A stretch of 64,000 bases of DNA from Podarcis bocagei (taxonomy: Eukaryota). The translations under genes and the position numbers were made by a program. Positions within the stretch are counted from its first letter, which is position 1; every line of letters starts with the position of its first letter. Positions 1 through 13,366 of this stretch are shown in pieces. The notes under the pieces were generated by a model. The model saw only the letters and a program-made list of their open reading frames with translations. It searched no databases and was not told the origin of the DNA. Location: assembly GCA_964188305.1 (NCBI GenBank), contig OZ076888.1; one strand, 5' to 3'.

Positions 1-871
1 CCAACACACCCAGGTGCATGGAATAATGCCTTTGGGATTATTAGTTTTTATGCATGTTACTGGAAATGCACACAGACTGACATGCTCTTGTATGCATTAT
101 AGAGGACAACACTTCTTTGGTCAGTGAGTGTTGGAATATATTCTTGCAGTGTTGTTTCTTAACTACAGGAAAGCAGCAGAGTGTACTCCCCCAATCTTTA
201 AATTACAGGTTTCAGACACTTCTTTGGGAGGTGATGTGACAAGAGAACATTTTAGCAGGTTAGCATTAAATTGAAACATGTTCCACCTTTATGGTGTTGA
301 CATTGCTATGTGGTCCCAAGCGAACAATGCTCATCCTTAGGCCAAAAATGTATAACTGTTTAATCTTTGCAGTTATTTACACCCTTTTCCAACTCTGGGA
401 AAGCTGTAAGAAAGTAATCTGTTTTAGAAGCAATCCTTCCCTGCCACACACACCCATTACTCCTGTTTCAGCTGAAAACCTGGTGCTATAGGGCCTATGG
501 TATAGGCAATCCTCCAAACAGATCAGTTTCTTTTTCACATCCCACCATTAATTTATCCTCAGTGAGTTTCCATGTAAGTTCTCTTCCTCAATTAATTAAA
601 GATCCCTGCAGTTTTATGCAACAGAAGCATCTAGTCATCGAGATTTCCTCTGCCTCTTGCTACGAAGCTCTCAGCAATCAAATCAGTTATTTATTTTTTT
701 AATAGTAGCTGCTTCATGCTTTGCCTTTTGCACAGCCAAACTAGAAATGGAACCAGAGTCATTATTACCCTGAGATAATGAATATATCACGCCTCCCCCA
801 CAAAGGGGCCATGGATAGCAAAGGGTTTAGAAGCAGGTGTGTCAGGTAATTGCAAGAGGTTTAAGACTCAC

Positions 872-907
872 CGGTAGTCCACGGATCCCCATGGCGCCTT
901 TGTCTCC
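872..907 (-). CDS. COL13A1: COL13A1 36-nt collagenous exon [12 protein letters not shown]
   Basis: cattaattgttag|GGAGACAAAGGCGCCATGGGGATCCGTGGACTACCG|gtgagt; four Gly-X-Y triplets; human counterpart recalled as [12 protein letters not shown]. Confidence 0.88.
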
Positions 908-1933
908 CTAACAATTAATGCAAAATCAGAGGGCAGTTGGAAACTGGCCATATGTGGTGCTATAAAGTGACACAAATGAGCTTTTACTTGGCGTTTCAAG
1001 CAGCTGCATTGGTTAATTTAAAATTTATGTAACTGGTTTAGATGTTTGTGTGTTAGGTTGAAAATACAGAAGTTTGCGTAATTTATGGAATCTGAAGTTG
1101 AAACTATGTGGTTGGAGCATCTTCAGTGCAACGGTATAAATCTGCTTGCATGGTCTTGTGTGCGTATAAGGTGTATGTGTAAATATTTTTTAAATATGTC
1201 TATAAGTACGTAAGTATAGCTGTGCAGAAAACTGATAAAGAAACATACATGGTGTCGTTATACAGAAACATTTTATAGTTTCACAAATTTGCAATATTGC
1301 ATAACACATCGAAGTTGTTGAGAACATAAGAACAAAACATAAGAAGAGGCTGCTTGATCAGGCCAAAGCCCCAACTAGTCCAGCATCCTGTTATCACAGT
1401 GGCTAACTAGATGCCTATGGGAAACCAAGGAAAGAAGAAAACGGGCCCTCTCGTAGTCTAATGACATATTCTGTTTATCAGTATATTTCCTAGTCCATTA
1501 GTATAATAAGTGGTAGCCCACTGGTTCTTAAATTTGTTTTATTTTGGATCCCTTGCTTGTTTGTTGTGAATCATTTTTATGTCACCATGTGGGGGAGGTA
1601 TTTGAAAGGCTTATGATTATTAATCACCTGCTGTTCTTTTCTTCCATTGCTATTTGTGTGATGGAGAATCACACATTAGCATATAAAAAAAACTTGCACT
1701 GTCAAAGAAACAAGCAGCTTCTCTGTGGCTTGCCTCTTCAGCCTGAGGTAGAACTACTAACAGGAATCTATAGCTCTTTAGCATTTCCCTTTTTTATTAG
1801 CAGTGTGGCATCAACATGCCCCTGAAAAATGCACCAGAAGCCCTTGAATCACAGCTAAAGAACCCTTGTATCAGTTAATTTGAGAAAATCAGTTCTACAC
1901 TTTTTCAAAATGTTGTTCAAGATATTATTAAGG

Positions 1934-2097
1934 CAAAGGATGTTTTAGGGGAGTATGGCCAGTTTGGTCACACTGGGTGTGGAGCCTCAGGGATGCCACA
2001 ACTATGATTTACAATGGAGCGCAAGAAGGGAAGGGGTGCCAAATTTTGGTGTCACACAGGGTGCTGCTGAAATTTGAGATCCTAAGGTCTGCCACTG
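1934..2097. mobile_element. MITE related to 15307-15493 in opposite orientation, 7-bp TSD
   Basis: Shares reverse-complement motifs with it (CACTGGGTG, CTGAAATTTGA, terminal CCACTG); TSD ATTAAGG/ACTAAGG. Confidence 0.6.
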
Positions 2098-5000
2098 ACT
2101 AAGGGGCATAGAAATTACTTGCTTTAAAGGTGCATGTTGTAAGCTGGAAAAAAGTTGAACTTTCAGATCTTCCTGGCTGCAGTCCTAACTATGGCTACTA
2201 AGAAATCACTGGGGCTTACTCCCAACTAAGAAGGGGCAGGATTGCAACCTCATAGTGGATGCATGTCTACTTAGAATTAAGTCCCACTAAGTTCATTTGA
2301 AATTACTCCTAGGTAAGGATGTATACGAGAGTCACGACGTATATTCTAGCATTTATGAGTCTTATGTCTGGTAATGGACTCTCTATTTTGAACAATGTGC
2401 ATTGCATCATGCCCTGCCCTCTCTGTGCAAAAACATTCATATATATCTTTGCAACCCTAAAGGCTAGCAACATGCTTTTAGACAATGAAATAAAGCTGAT
2501 CTTATCAAGAAGTTGAATTCTGAACCTAATACTGTCTTCCAGATTCCTGTTGAATCACACCACACACACATCCCTGCCTATGATGTTCAGAATAAATTAC
2601 TGATGCTTAAGAGAGCAGGATGCCTATCATGTAATGCCAAGAAACACACTCACTCATGAGTAATGTTTATACCCCTCACAGTGCATTGGCACAACCTTCA
2701 TAGCTTAATAAGTCAGCATGGTTTGCCTGGCTGCCTGCCTACCATGTGTTTCTAAGGTTTTCATCACCAAAGCAGCCAACACACTATACAACCGCATGAA
2801 AAACAAGGGCCTATCTTGATGTTCTCCCCTAAGATTCCACAAAGTTTGTTCCACAAAGGTCCCTTATTTTTATTTCTTTGCATTTGAAAGTCACACTTGA
2901 GGGATATTTTATCCAAAGGTGTCCTGTCTAAGATCTGAACTACCTTCAAGTCTGACCCTTGTATGGTCTTTCTAGAGAAGAACTTTCCAAACTGATTTCT
3001 GAAACTGAACACATTTTACTCCCGAATTTCAGAAAATTTATCCTAAAGCTCCCTAATTATCAAAGCTGAACCTTTTGGACAGGTAGATCCCATAGCACAT
3101 GGGTTAATTCAAATTGAAATCAAGAAATAAAAAGTAGGAGAGCTTCTTACTTGACATTTTGAATTGAGGTATAGATACCTGAGTACAAGGCATGCACACA
3201 CTACTAATTTGTACGTGCCTTGATAAACAGCTCAGCTTTCCCAGATGTTTTTCCATTATCATGTCCATGTATATAACAAGGTTTTTGTTTTTTAATGTAC
3301 GAAGGCATGCTTTGCAATTGATGGATGCCCAGTCATATATCTTGAGCTCAGATATTTATACACACTGACAAAACAGCAAGCAAGAACAGAACTAAATGTT
3401 ATGCTTTTCAGACTGAGCTGCCAACAAAAATGATACACCGGCTTCAAGTTCTCCCACTCGTCCCTGTTATGTTTAGGCATATTGAGCAGAATCAAGACAT
3501 CATCATGTTATACATTTCCCCAGCCCTTGACTGTGGTGTAGGCTGTGTTGTTGGCAGGCCAGGGTAGATGACTATCATGGGTGTCTTTGTACATTAATAA
3601 TAATAACAATTTTATTATATATACCCCACCCATCTGGCTGGGTTTCCTCAGTCACTCTGGGAAGCTTACAGCACATAGAAAAATATAATAAAACGTCAAA
3701 CATTAAAAACTTCCTGATATAGGGCTACTTTCAGATGTCCTCTAAAATTTGTATAGTTCTTTTACTCCTTGACATCTGATGGGATGGCGTTTCTAAAACT
3801 TTTGGGGAGAAAACTCAACAAGAGACTATGGTTTTGGGCACCAACCCCATGTTGGAGCTAAAACTGACTTCTGCCCTGAGAAACGTCCCTTTAATAAAAA
3901 AGAGAACTGACTTCCAATATCATATTCCCATACTTACAGTGAAAAACAGTGGTACATTTATTGTGGTTATAATTGTTCATATAGATAGGCTCTTTCGCTT
4001 TCCCCTGAGTGAACTAGCTTCTGAAGTCAGTAACTTATCATTAGATTAGATTAGAGGGGGAAATGTCAGTCCTCCAGTATGAAGTCCCTCTGGCATATTT
4101 TTTGTGACCCATCATGTCCACAGACTATCACTAATACCTGATTTCCATGTGGATTAGCATTGGGTATGTGTTTACAAATCCCATAAAAAGTGACCGGCAC
4201 CATGCTGGTTTTGTTTTTAATCTCTGATAATAAGACTATTCATATAAACAAGCTTAGAGGGGAAAGAAGAATGCAAGCTGTCAACAAGGTGGGAAAAGAA
4301 TATTTACCGGTACATCTTTTGCTGTTTGAGAGGAACTACAAATAGGAATGGGGGATGTGTCCATTAAGAAGAGATTTAATATACTAGCCATGTTCCTACC
4401 TAGCAAACGTAGAAGGATAATGGAATGGATTCTGATAATAGATCCTATCCCAGCCGGGCAAATGCAAAAACACCCAAGGTAAGCTAGGTACAACTTCCAT
4501 TCCAACAGTGACAGCTAGTTACAGAGGGGCAGAAAGTGGTCAAGTGACCGCCACTGCTGGTTGTGAGAGAGGGGTGCCTGTGATCCATGACCTGGTGAAA
4601 GCAGTCAAAACAATAGTGCCTCACATGTAGCACTGTGCAGCTGTTTTGGTGACTGGCTAGTTCACCATACCCATGTGGATATTACAGACTAATTACACAA
4701 TTGGCACAAAACTACCAGCACATGCCTTCATGAGTATCTCTTGCCCAGGCTACTCCCAATACATATTGGTTGGTAAGCCCCAGATGTTCCCCTCCCATTT
4801 GATAGTTGCTTAGTGGTATTGTTTTCCATACCCCCTTATCAGCCACTACTATTTCCAGGAAGTGAAATCAATGGTGGCAATGAAACTTATATCAACCAGA
4901 TCAAGAGATCTTAGGTACCAGAGGTGGGGAAGCTCCTCCAAGCTTCTAAAATCAGGGTCACAATCAACATGCTTCCAATCACAGCACTAGACTACATTGA

Positions 5001-6099
5001 CCAGGGGTAGCCAGCCAGCTGTCCTTGGATTACAATCCCCATCAGCCCCAACCAACAGGGCAAATGGTCAGAGGTGGTGGAAACTGCAGCTCAGCAACAT
5101 ATGAAGGGCACTGTGTTGGTTACCCCTGGCATAGACAATGGGATGTCCAATATGAGGCAACTTTTATATTCTTAACTGTGCTATAAATGTGACTAGCAGC
5201 TTCCCAAAATGCCAGTGTCTGAATGTGGGCTGGAAGGATGTGTCTTCTCTGTCATTACATTTTCCTGATGCTTGGTTTGTGCTAAACCCAAGCCATAAAA
5301 TGCATGGTTTTTTGCTCAAGGAATGTTGTGCCACAAATTCCTGAAGGAAATCAACCCACAACACCAAAAAAATCTAATGAACTGGTGCTTCCATTGCACG
5401 TGGGCCAAACAGGTCAGCTCTCTATTTCTGCATCATTAAGAACACATTCCTCACACAATGGTATTTGTTCAACTGAACCTGCAAATCCTTTCCACGGTTA
5501 AATAATATAGGACAGATTTACATCTCTGCCTACTCACAAGTCAATGCTAGGTATGCCAAGAATCTGAAAACTCCTGAGAGCTTTATTATATGACTTGTAA
5601 GTAGACCAAGATATAGATCCTTTGTATGTTTCTGCAGGAGTGGCTTGCAGAAGCAACTCCAAGAATGAAAACTGCAATGTGGGAAGGAAATAGCCTAAAG
5701 TGCTATGAGCTCATCTGAAATCAAAAGAACTTCTTAAAGGAAATGTGTGCTCTCCATTACAAGAAAGACTTGGGAAATTCTATACCTAGAACCTTTGTCC
5801 TGACATTGAGTCAGTCTGCACGTCCCACTGAAATCCAGTTCTCTTTAGCGCAGAAGAGGTGAACATGGCACCCTTCAGATGTTACTGGACTGAGCAGTAG
5901 CCATGCTGGCTGAGGATGAATCTGATGTGAGTTCAAAACCATCTAAAGTGTACTATATCGTCTACACCTATTATCTGACAATATGTTATTTTGCAATGGG
6001 TAGCCAGCTATCTCCTCCCCAGCATTCACAGACTTTAGGCAGCTAGCAAGAAAGGAAGAAGAGAGGAGGAGAAACACAAAAAGGGGAAAAAATATTTAC

Positions 6100-6126
6100 C
6101 GGAAGCCCAGGTCTTCCTGAAGGACC
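6100..6126 (-). CDS. COL13A1: COL13A1 27-nt collagenous exon GPSGRPGLP
   Basis: gtttcttttcag|GGTCCTTCAGGAAGACCTGGGCTTCCG|gtaaat; three Gly-X-Y triplets; human counterpart recalled as GPTGRPGLP. Confidence 0.92.
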
Positions 6127-7399
6127 CTGAAAAGAAACACAGCAAAGTACAAGTTGGCACAAGGGGCATGGGCAATTGGATTGGTACAGAGAAACAATAA
6201 AGACATAAGCTAACCGAATCTTGGATGTGAAGAATACCACTCCAGTGGCGGTAGAGCACATTATTTGTGCAGATAAGGTGCCCTATGTTTAATTTGTGGC
6301 ATCTCCAGTTAAGTGATCATAAACAGGGAAGCCAGGAGTTTCCAGACACTCTGGCAAGCTATTGGAAGTCAGAGTAGACAAGACTGGGCCAGATACAACT
6401 CACTTGGTGCAGTTAGCCTTGTGTATCCTAGACAAAGATGTGGGGCTCACTAAAGAAGGATATGTAGCTTGTTGAGTACAATTGTGAACCACACCCGCTG
6501 CTACTATTCACTCCCACTGCTGTGCAGTCAGCAGGTACATTTCTGCACTGGGATTAACTGGCATTACTAGTCCATGTAGATTCATTCTAGCATAGGAGAG
6601 TATGTGCAGCGAACAAGCACAGAACAAGCACACCCTACGTGAGTGAGAAGGAGAGTCCTTGGATAAACGACAGCTATTTGCTCAAATATGTTGCAGTCTT
6701 TCAAAAGAGCCAGTTGTTCAAATATGTTGTCGGCGTGACTCCTCTTCAGGCGTGACCGATTCAAAGGAAAGTTACAATAAAAGAAGGAGCTAAAGAGATC
6801 CTTTCTCTCTTCCCCCCACCCTGCGTCTAAGCACGCACACACATGATGGATGATGGCAGGAGGACTATATTGTATCAATACTATAGGTCGCTGCTGGAAA
6901 CAATTTGCGTAAAAAACTGGAATGCAAAACTCTTAAGCACATCAACTGTCCAATTCTATTTACTAGCGCTGAGCCAAAATGCCCCACAACTTGACCACCC
7001 TGGCTGCAAGCTGCAAAGCTGGGGGGAGGGGATGTTTGGTGATTTATAAGGGACACAAACATATGAAAAATGCTTGCTCCATTTGCTACAACAGCTTCTA
7101 AACTCCCTGCTTCTGCCTGGCAGTTTCCTGTGTGCTTCCTACTCAGAGGATGCCAGCGTGAGAGCAGGGGAAAATATTCCTTGTTTATGCCCTCACTCTG
7201 AATTGGCTTTAGAATGATACCACATATAATCATAAACAAGTGGCAACAGCTGTGAAAATAGGTGAAGTGTGTGTGTGGTTTCATGAAAACTTCTGTCTGT
7301 CCCTCTCCAAAACCCCATGTCTGAGCCAGAAAAGGAATCAATATAACATTTGGCTCAGCTCTAAATTTCTTCAGGCACATGTACTCCCTTCTGTTAAAG

Positions 7400-7960
7400 C
7401 AGACATTGTGTTTGGACCTGAATGTGGAAGACCAGGGTTCAAAATCCCTAGCAAGCCGTGAAACTACCTTTGGTTAAGTCACTCTCTGTCCCAGCAGAAT
7501 AACCTACCTGAAAGGGTTGCGTACAAGATAAAAGGAGATAACCCTTTGTATACTGTATCCAGGGGAAGACCTTGGTAATATGAAGCCCTGTGCGAGGCCA
7601 AAATTTGACACCCCTCCATCCCAAAACTGCCTTCCCAAAACTGGGTAAGTGAGGTGCAGGGCTTTGGGAAGGAGGTGTGAGGCTCTGGCAGGGTCTTCCT
7701 GCCTCCTTCCCAAAGCTGGGCAAGCACTAACTAGGCTTTGGGAAGGAGACAGGAGGTCTCTAGGACCCTGCTAGAGCCCTCACACCTCCTTCCCAAAGCC
7801 CAGCACTTACTAGACTTTGAGAAGAAGGCGGGAAGGTGCCCCCTAGGCCCCTTTGCCGGGGTACCAGTCACGCTGCCCTAAACCCACCTCTGCTGTATCT
7901 TGAACAACTTAGAGGAAAGGCATGATACAATTGTGAAACACAAATAAATAATAAATACAT
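7400..7960 (+). mobile_element. Degraded tRNA-derived SINE (Squam2-like, L2-type tail) split by the 7560-7892 MITE
   Basis: B-box-like GGGTTCAAAATCC, core CTACCTGAAAGGGTTG, (AAAT)n tail after the MITE; boundaries approximate. Confidence 0.55.
7560..7892. mobile_element. MITE with internal direct and inverted GCTTTGGGAAGGAG repeats, inserted in a tRNA-derived SINE
   Basis: Ends CAGGGGAAGA.../...CCACCTCTG; TSD CTGTATC (7553-7559 and 7893-7899); about six internal copies of CTTTGGGAAGG or its complement. Confidence 0.7.
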
Positions 7961-9686
7961 GGTTACAGAATTACAGCCCAAAGCATCTCTCTAGCAAGCC
8001 AGGTCTGATAGCTTGATTCTTGGCTGGACGACACAACCATATGCCCATGGCGGAGACAGTCAAATAGCCTGTGCAACAAATGGGTGTCAGCTATGGTTTG
8101 AGCCTACACAACGCTGATGTACAAGGCTACATGAATGAGGAAACCCTTCTGGGTTTTGTTCAACAAATCAGCATTGTTAAGAAAGTCCTCAGCCTCTCGG
8201 CTTTGGAATGCAGGTTCCAAACAGCTCTTGAAGATGTGAAGCAAACAGGCCATATTTTGTCGAGTATGTTGTGTTTCTTCTGACTACGTGTCTGGGCATT
8301 AAAGTTAATGAGATGAGAGACCTCCAGCAAGTCTGAGATCCCGAAATGTCTCAAAAGTCTAGACACGGGAGGCCCATGGTCACAAATTCTGTATGGAGGT
8401 ATGAGGAGGCATTGTAAATCAACACAAAGCAGAAAAACATTGAATGCAAGTAGTATATTATAAGTTATTTAAATTATTATTTTAAGTTATTTATATAAGA
8501 CAGATACCACACGCAATCACCAATCTGTTCACAAGGCAAGAAAATAAGCACCATGCGCCCACCAAATTGGTTTAAAGGCACGAAAATCAATGGCCAGAAA
8601 ATAATACAGTCGTGGCCAACTGTAGCAAATCAAATGCCATAAATCACAATATAAACATCACACTCTTTGCTTAGCAATGGACAGTGAGTTTGGGCTCATT
8701 GTTTTAAGCCCCTACCACATACAGCTAACAGGAATCACACAGCAGTCTAAATGACAAATATTCTAGAGTCTGTATACAGACCCCAGGTAAATGTAATGCA
8801 TATTTTCCTTTTTTCCAAATTTCCTTTTGGTTGGTTTCACAAGGGGCCATAGCTCAGTGGATAGAGTGCACATGTTGCATACAGAATATCTTTATTCCAA
8901 TCTGTAGCATCTTCAGTTAAAAAAAAGCTTAGGTAGCAGGACTGGGGACAACTGGTTGGTTAGAGTAGATAGCAACCAATGGCCTGACTCAGAAAGGAGT
9001 TCCCATGATCCTCCCTGCTTACATGTTCACAGACACGTAAGGAAGAGCAGGATCACATCCAGCAACATGCACCCTGGCCATGCTCTGTGCCAGCTGGACA
9101 TCTGGCAGCAGTGTGAATGAAACAGATACATGGACAGATGTACACACGTTGGGCTAATGCATTTGTCATTGACTGCATTTTATGGCAGACTACTTCATGC
9201 TGGCACTATTGGGACCAAGCAGTTTTGCAGCACTTGGGGTCTGTAAAACTATAGTGTTTTCAGAAATTAGTTAGTTGCTGCATTTTCTTAAGGACACAAA
9301 GTGAGAGAGATGCAAGGAGATCAGCGGAGAGGACATAAGAGTTTTCTTATTTCCCCTGCACCCGTCTTAACTTTTTGCCCCGGATCTCCCCGATATTTTT
9401 TTATGTCATAAAATAAATGCTCTCTAAGTAAGCTTGCGAGAGCCTCGAAATGTTTCTAGTCTTCCCACAAAAAAATATACAGGTACCAAAAATATGGAAG
9501 AGCAGGTGGCACAGGCAGTTGAATCTTTTGTGAATCAGAGCAGCAGCAGTTTATCAGTTAAGCCCTTTCTGTCCATTAAGAATTCCTGATGTTTCAGGAA
9601 TGTTCCTCCCTCTCCCCCAGTGCCCAGTCACCTTACCACCAGATGCATTCTTCACAACACACACAGATGTAAGTTTTGGTACTTAC

Positions 9687-9694
9687 AGGGGGGC
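9687..9694 (-). CDS. COL13A1: COL13A1 8-nt micro-exon GCCCCCCT, completing Gly-Pro-Pro at the start of COL1
   Basis: Minus strand reads tttttctttctcttttctttcag|GCCCCCCT|gtaagt: long pyrimidine tract and consensus donor. It converts phase 1 to phase 0 as the flanking exons require. An 8-bp exon is a known feature of type XIII collagen genes. Confidence 0.9.
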
Positions 9695-11455
9695 CTGAAA
9701 GAAAAGAGAAAGAAAAAATAGTTATCATGGTGGAATGTGTTAATGCTATTGAACTCTATTGATAGCATCTTTAATAACATCTTCCTCAACAGATCCATCA
9801 TTTTTCAGTAGGATTATGAACTGGCAAGTGGATGGTTCATATCTCACCTTAGCCATAAACTTATCAGGATTCTGCAATACGTGCATAACAACACTGACCC
9901 TTATTACAAAGCTGAAAGGATTACTGAATAATTTGTACAAGGAGCTTTAAACACTCAAAAGTAGCATGGAAATGTTAAGCTGTGAAGGTGGTGTGTTTTA
10001 GGTTTTGCACTACAAGAGCTCCTGTTACCTTGATGCTACAAAAACCATATACATCAACTAATACAGGACAGTAACTGAAATGTCTGATTTAGAGCAGTGG
10101 AGTTCAAGACTATCAACCCTCAAGGAACTTTCACCTGCATCAATTCATCTTTTGTGTGTGGCAGAAAATTTTGGAGAACGCTCCTGATCCTAGTCATCAA
10201 CCAAAGTGGGCTGCAAATGCATTTTAGAATGCAGCTAGCACTCGCTTCTGCATATGCACCTCGCAGGAGGCAATTAGCCATGGCACTTTGGAGCAGCTTT
10301 TTGCCATTCTTCTCATCATGGAACTCTGACTAACAAGCTTTCATGGAGCACCAAGCTTCTTTGGAAAATGGTTTAAAAATCCCTGGTTTAGAGTGCTTAG
10401 ACAATACAGACCAAGGCTGTCAGGATATGGAGATATACGGTACAACACATGACACATGGGGGACATGATTAGTCTGCCATTTTTGGCGGCAGCACATGCT
10501 TCTTATTTGATGTAGCTATGCTCTAAGGCTGTTCCCAAAGGCATGTTTATGGTGTATTCTCCAGTCCAGTCTCTCCTTTGCATCTAAAATGTTAAGGTTT
10601 TCTTTAACACTTCCATTTTCAGCATCAAATCCAGGCACAACCCAGGGTGGAACTTTTCTGATTCCAAGCAGATGGCAGCCCTTTTGAAAACATTTTGCAT
10701 CCCCAATGGCAAGACTTTCTTTCTTTGTTTTTAAAATAAAGTAATACCATATATGATGATGTCATAATCCATTACAGTAGCCACTAAGTGACATCATATG
10801 GGAATTTTGGACTGCCACTCAGAAACCTTATTTGCTCTTCAGTGGCTTGGAAGAGCCCAACACACTCAAAGATATGATCATATTGCAGGCAGACCTCTGT
10901 CAGCAGCACAAGCTACGTATTTGCGGGCAAGCAGCGTTTCACACACAGCTTGCAAAATGCAACTCAGCTTTGTCTCACCTTGTAGGGATACATGGATCTC
11001 ACAGTCAAAAACCCATCCTCTCTCTCTCTCTCTCTCTGGCTATCTGTATACACCACTTTGGAACTCCCGAGTTGGGTACTGTCTCAGTATATACAATTTA
11101 ATTTACAAAAGCTACTTAAGTGGATAGTCAGGGTAATGCAGTAGTTAAAACAGTTAATTGGACAGTTAGCTAGCTGATTCAGATAGACTTAGTTTCTATT
11201 AAATAATGGGACAACCCCAATATGGAATCTTTACCTCCTTGTGGGAAGAATTGAGTACACATGCAATTAAAAAATAAAACCTACCCAGCTTTCACCTTAC
11301 TGCACACATATTACATTAATTTATCCATCAGCGATCACATTCACCAACTTACCTTTCCATCTGCCACTTTATGCAGTTCTTAAACACTTCATTTCCCCAC
11401 CACAACCAGCCAGCTAGACAGGCACAGCTGTGTAGTCTCAATGGTGGTGTTGGGA

Positions 11456-12045
11456 ACCTCACACCTTACCCAAGACGGTGGGTGAGGGCATGGAAGAAGG
11501 GGAAATTTCACATTTGGTGGGAATGCCCTCCAGCTTCATCACTTTGGACTGTGGTTTATCAGAAAATATCTAATATAATGAAACATCCTATCCAGTCTTC
11601 TCCATTAATCTCTTGGTTGAATTATTGGGATGATGACCCGATGAAAACTTTTCAATCTATTGAACTTTTAACCTGGCTCCTGGCTCCTGCCAGGATCTCT
11701 GTAGCACAGAAATGGAAAATGCTACAAGATCTCCAGTTTTCCCTGTGGTATAAAAATATGTGGACCTTGGCCATCACTGAAAAAATAATACATAACCTAT
11801 GTGTTGCTAGGAGTATTGAGAACCCAGAACAATTTCACACCATCTGTGGGACTTTATTTCATACACCTTGAACTTGCATATACAAAAGTCTCTATCTTAC
11901 TCACAGAATTTGGTTATTTTGACAATCTTCTATGTACCAACTGTTTCTTATTAAGATAATATTCAGCTTCTTGCACAGCCCCTATGTCTTTCCCCCTCTG
12001 TTGTTTTCTTTGCATTGCCTGCTATATTTCAACAAAACCTATAAA
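11456..12045 (+). mobile_element. 5'-truncated older L1 (ORF2 C-terminus plus 3'UTR)
   Basis: 16-bp TSD AATGGTGGTGTTGGGA (11440-11455 and 12046-12061). Translation contains FHIWWECP...ARISVAQKWK, homologous to FYHLWWTCP...ARILIAKYWK in the full-length L1 ORF2. Confidence 0.88.
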
Positions 12046-13366
12046 AATGGTGGTGTTGGGAGAAGCGGTTTGGATTTGTTAGGCCCTGAAGAATGTTTTG
12101 GAGCAGGCCAGACCTGTACAAATGGTACAGGCCCTGCTTGAACCAAGATGGAACCAGACTGTTGGCACTTAAAATAAAAAAGGTTACAGAGCAGTGTTTA
12201 CATTGCATCTAAATTGCAGTAGTGTGGAAAAACCTTGTCCTCAAACTGAAGGCATTGTTCTGTGAACATGCTAACATGATTTATAGCTAGCTTTGTACAA
12301 GACATCAGGGTTAATGGCAGACACTAACAGTTACCTCAATTCAGAAAAGGAAGCTCACATGAAGGAGCAGGCTTCCATACACATTGCTGAACACTTTGTT
12401 CAGAAAGTGTTAATCAGATTGGTTCCTTCAAAAATGTGACCACACAAAATCCTTGAGCATCCCTAACAAGAAAAAGTAGTTTTTAATACAGGTAAATAAT
12501 ACAACAACCGGAAAACTGGAAGATTGTAAACCAATTTGCACATTAGGAGGAGGAGGAGGTCCTGAAGTGAATTTTCTAACAGATAGCTGAAGTCAGGAGG
12601 ATGGAGCTATATTTTACAGCTAAGACGGTCTATTGATTTTAGCCACCAGCTTCACTAATCAGAGACAGATGCTAAGTATCTAAGTGCATGAGAAAGGCCA
12701 ACTGTGAGGGTTGAAAATGGAGAATGTACTGTTAGAACTATGGACTGAGGTGGGTGACCTGTGCATAACCATAAGTTTGGCTTTACATGGAGACAATAAA
12801 AACCCTGTTCTGCTACCCTCATAGTCAAATTGTAAATGGTCAAGCCAAAATAACTTTCAAGTTGCCCTTTAACCTGGCTTCTCACAGAACAGTGGTTTAG
12901 GCTCTCATGCAGAAACAAGTGGCAATTATAACTGACTTATTTTATGTTTAATAAAATAATGTTTAATCTTTTCAGCAAGGAAAACACTATTCGAACAGCT
13001 AATGTTGTCTCCACTGTGTTTCCAAACGACACTGGGTGATATCCAACAGTCATACTCAGAGTACGACAAATTTGGAGATCACCTACTGTTTGCACTTACA
13101 TTCTCCACTAAGAATAGGCGAATATGTCAATTTTGGTTCTCCACAGTTTCTCATATTTTCCCATCTTAAATTCAGTTCTCCACATTTCCATATCAGCTTG
13201 AGATTTGTTTTAAGTTCTCATGAAAATTCATGAGCATTTTTGTGCAAATTTGTCCTAATATACACATTCTTGCATGCAATTTCCCCTAATATACACATTT
13301 TTGCAAAGTAATCTTCCCAAACGTAATGCATTTGGCATGTTACTTTAACTAATACATGCATTCATA

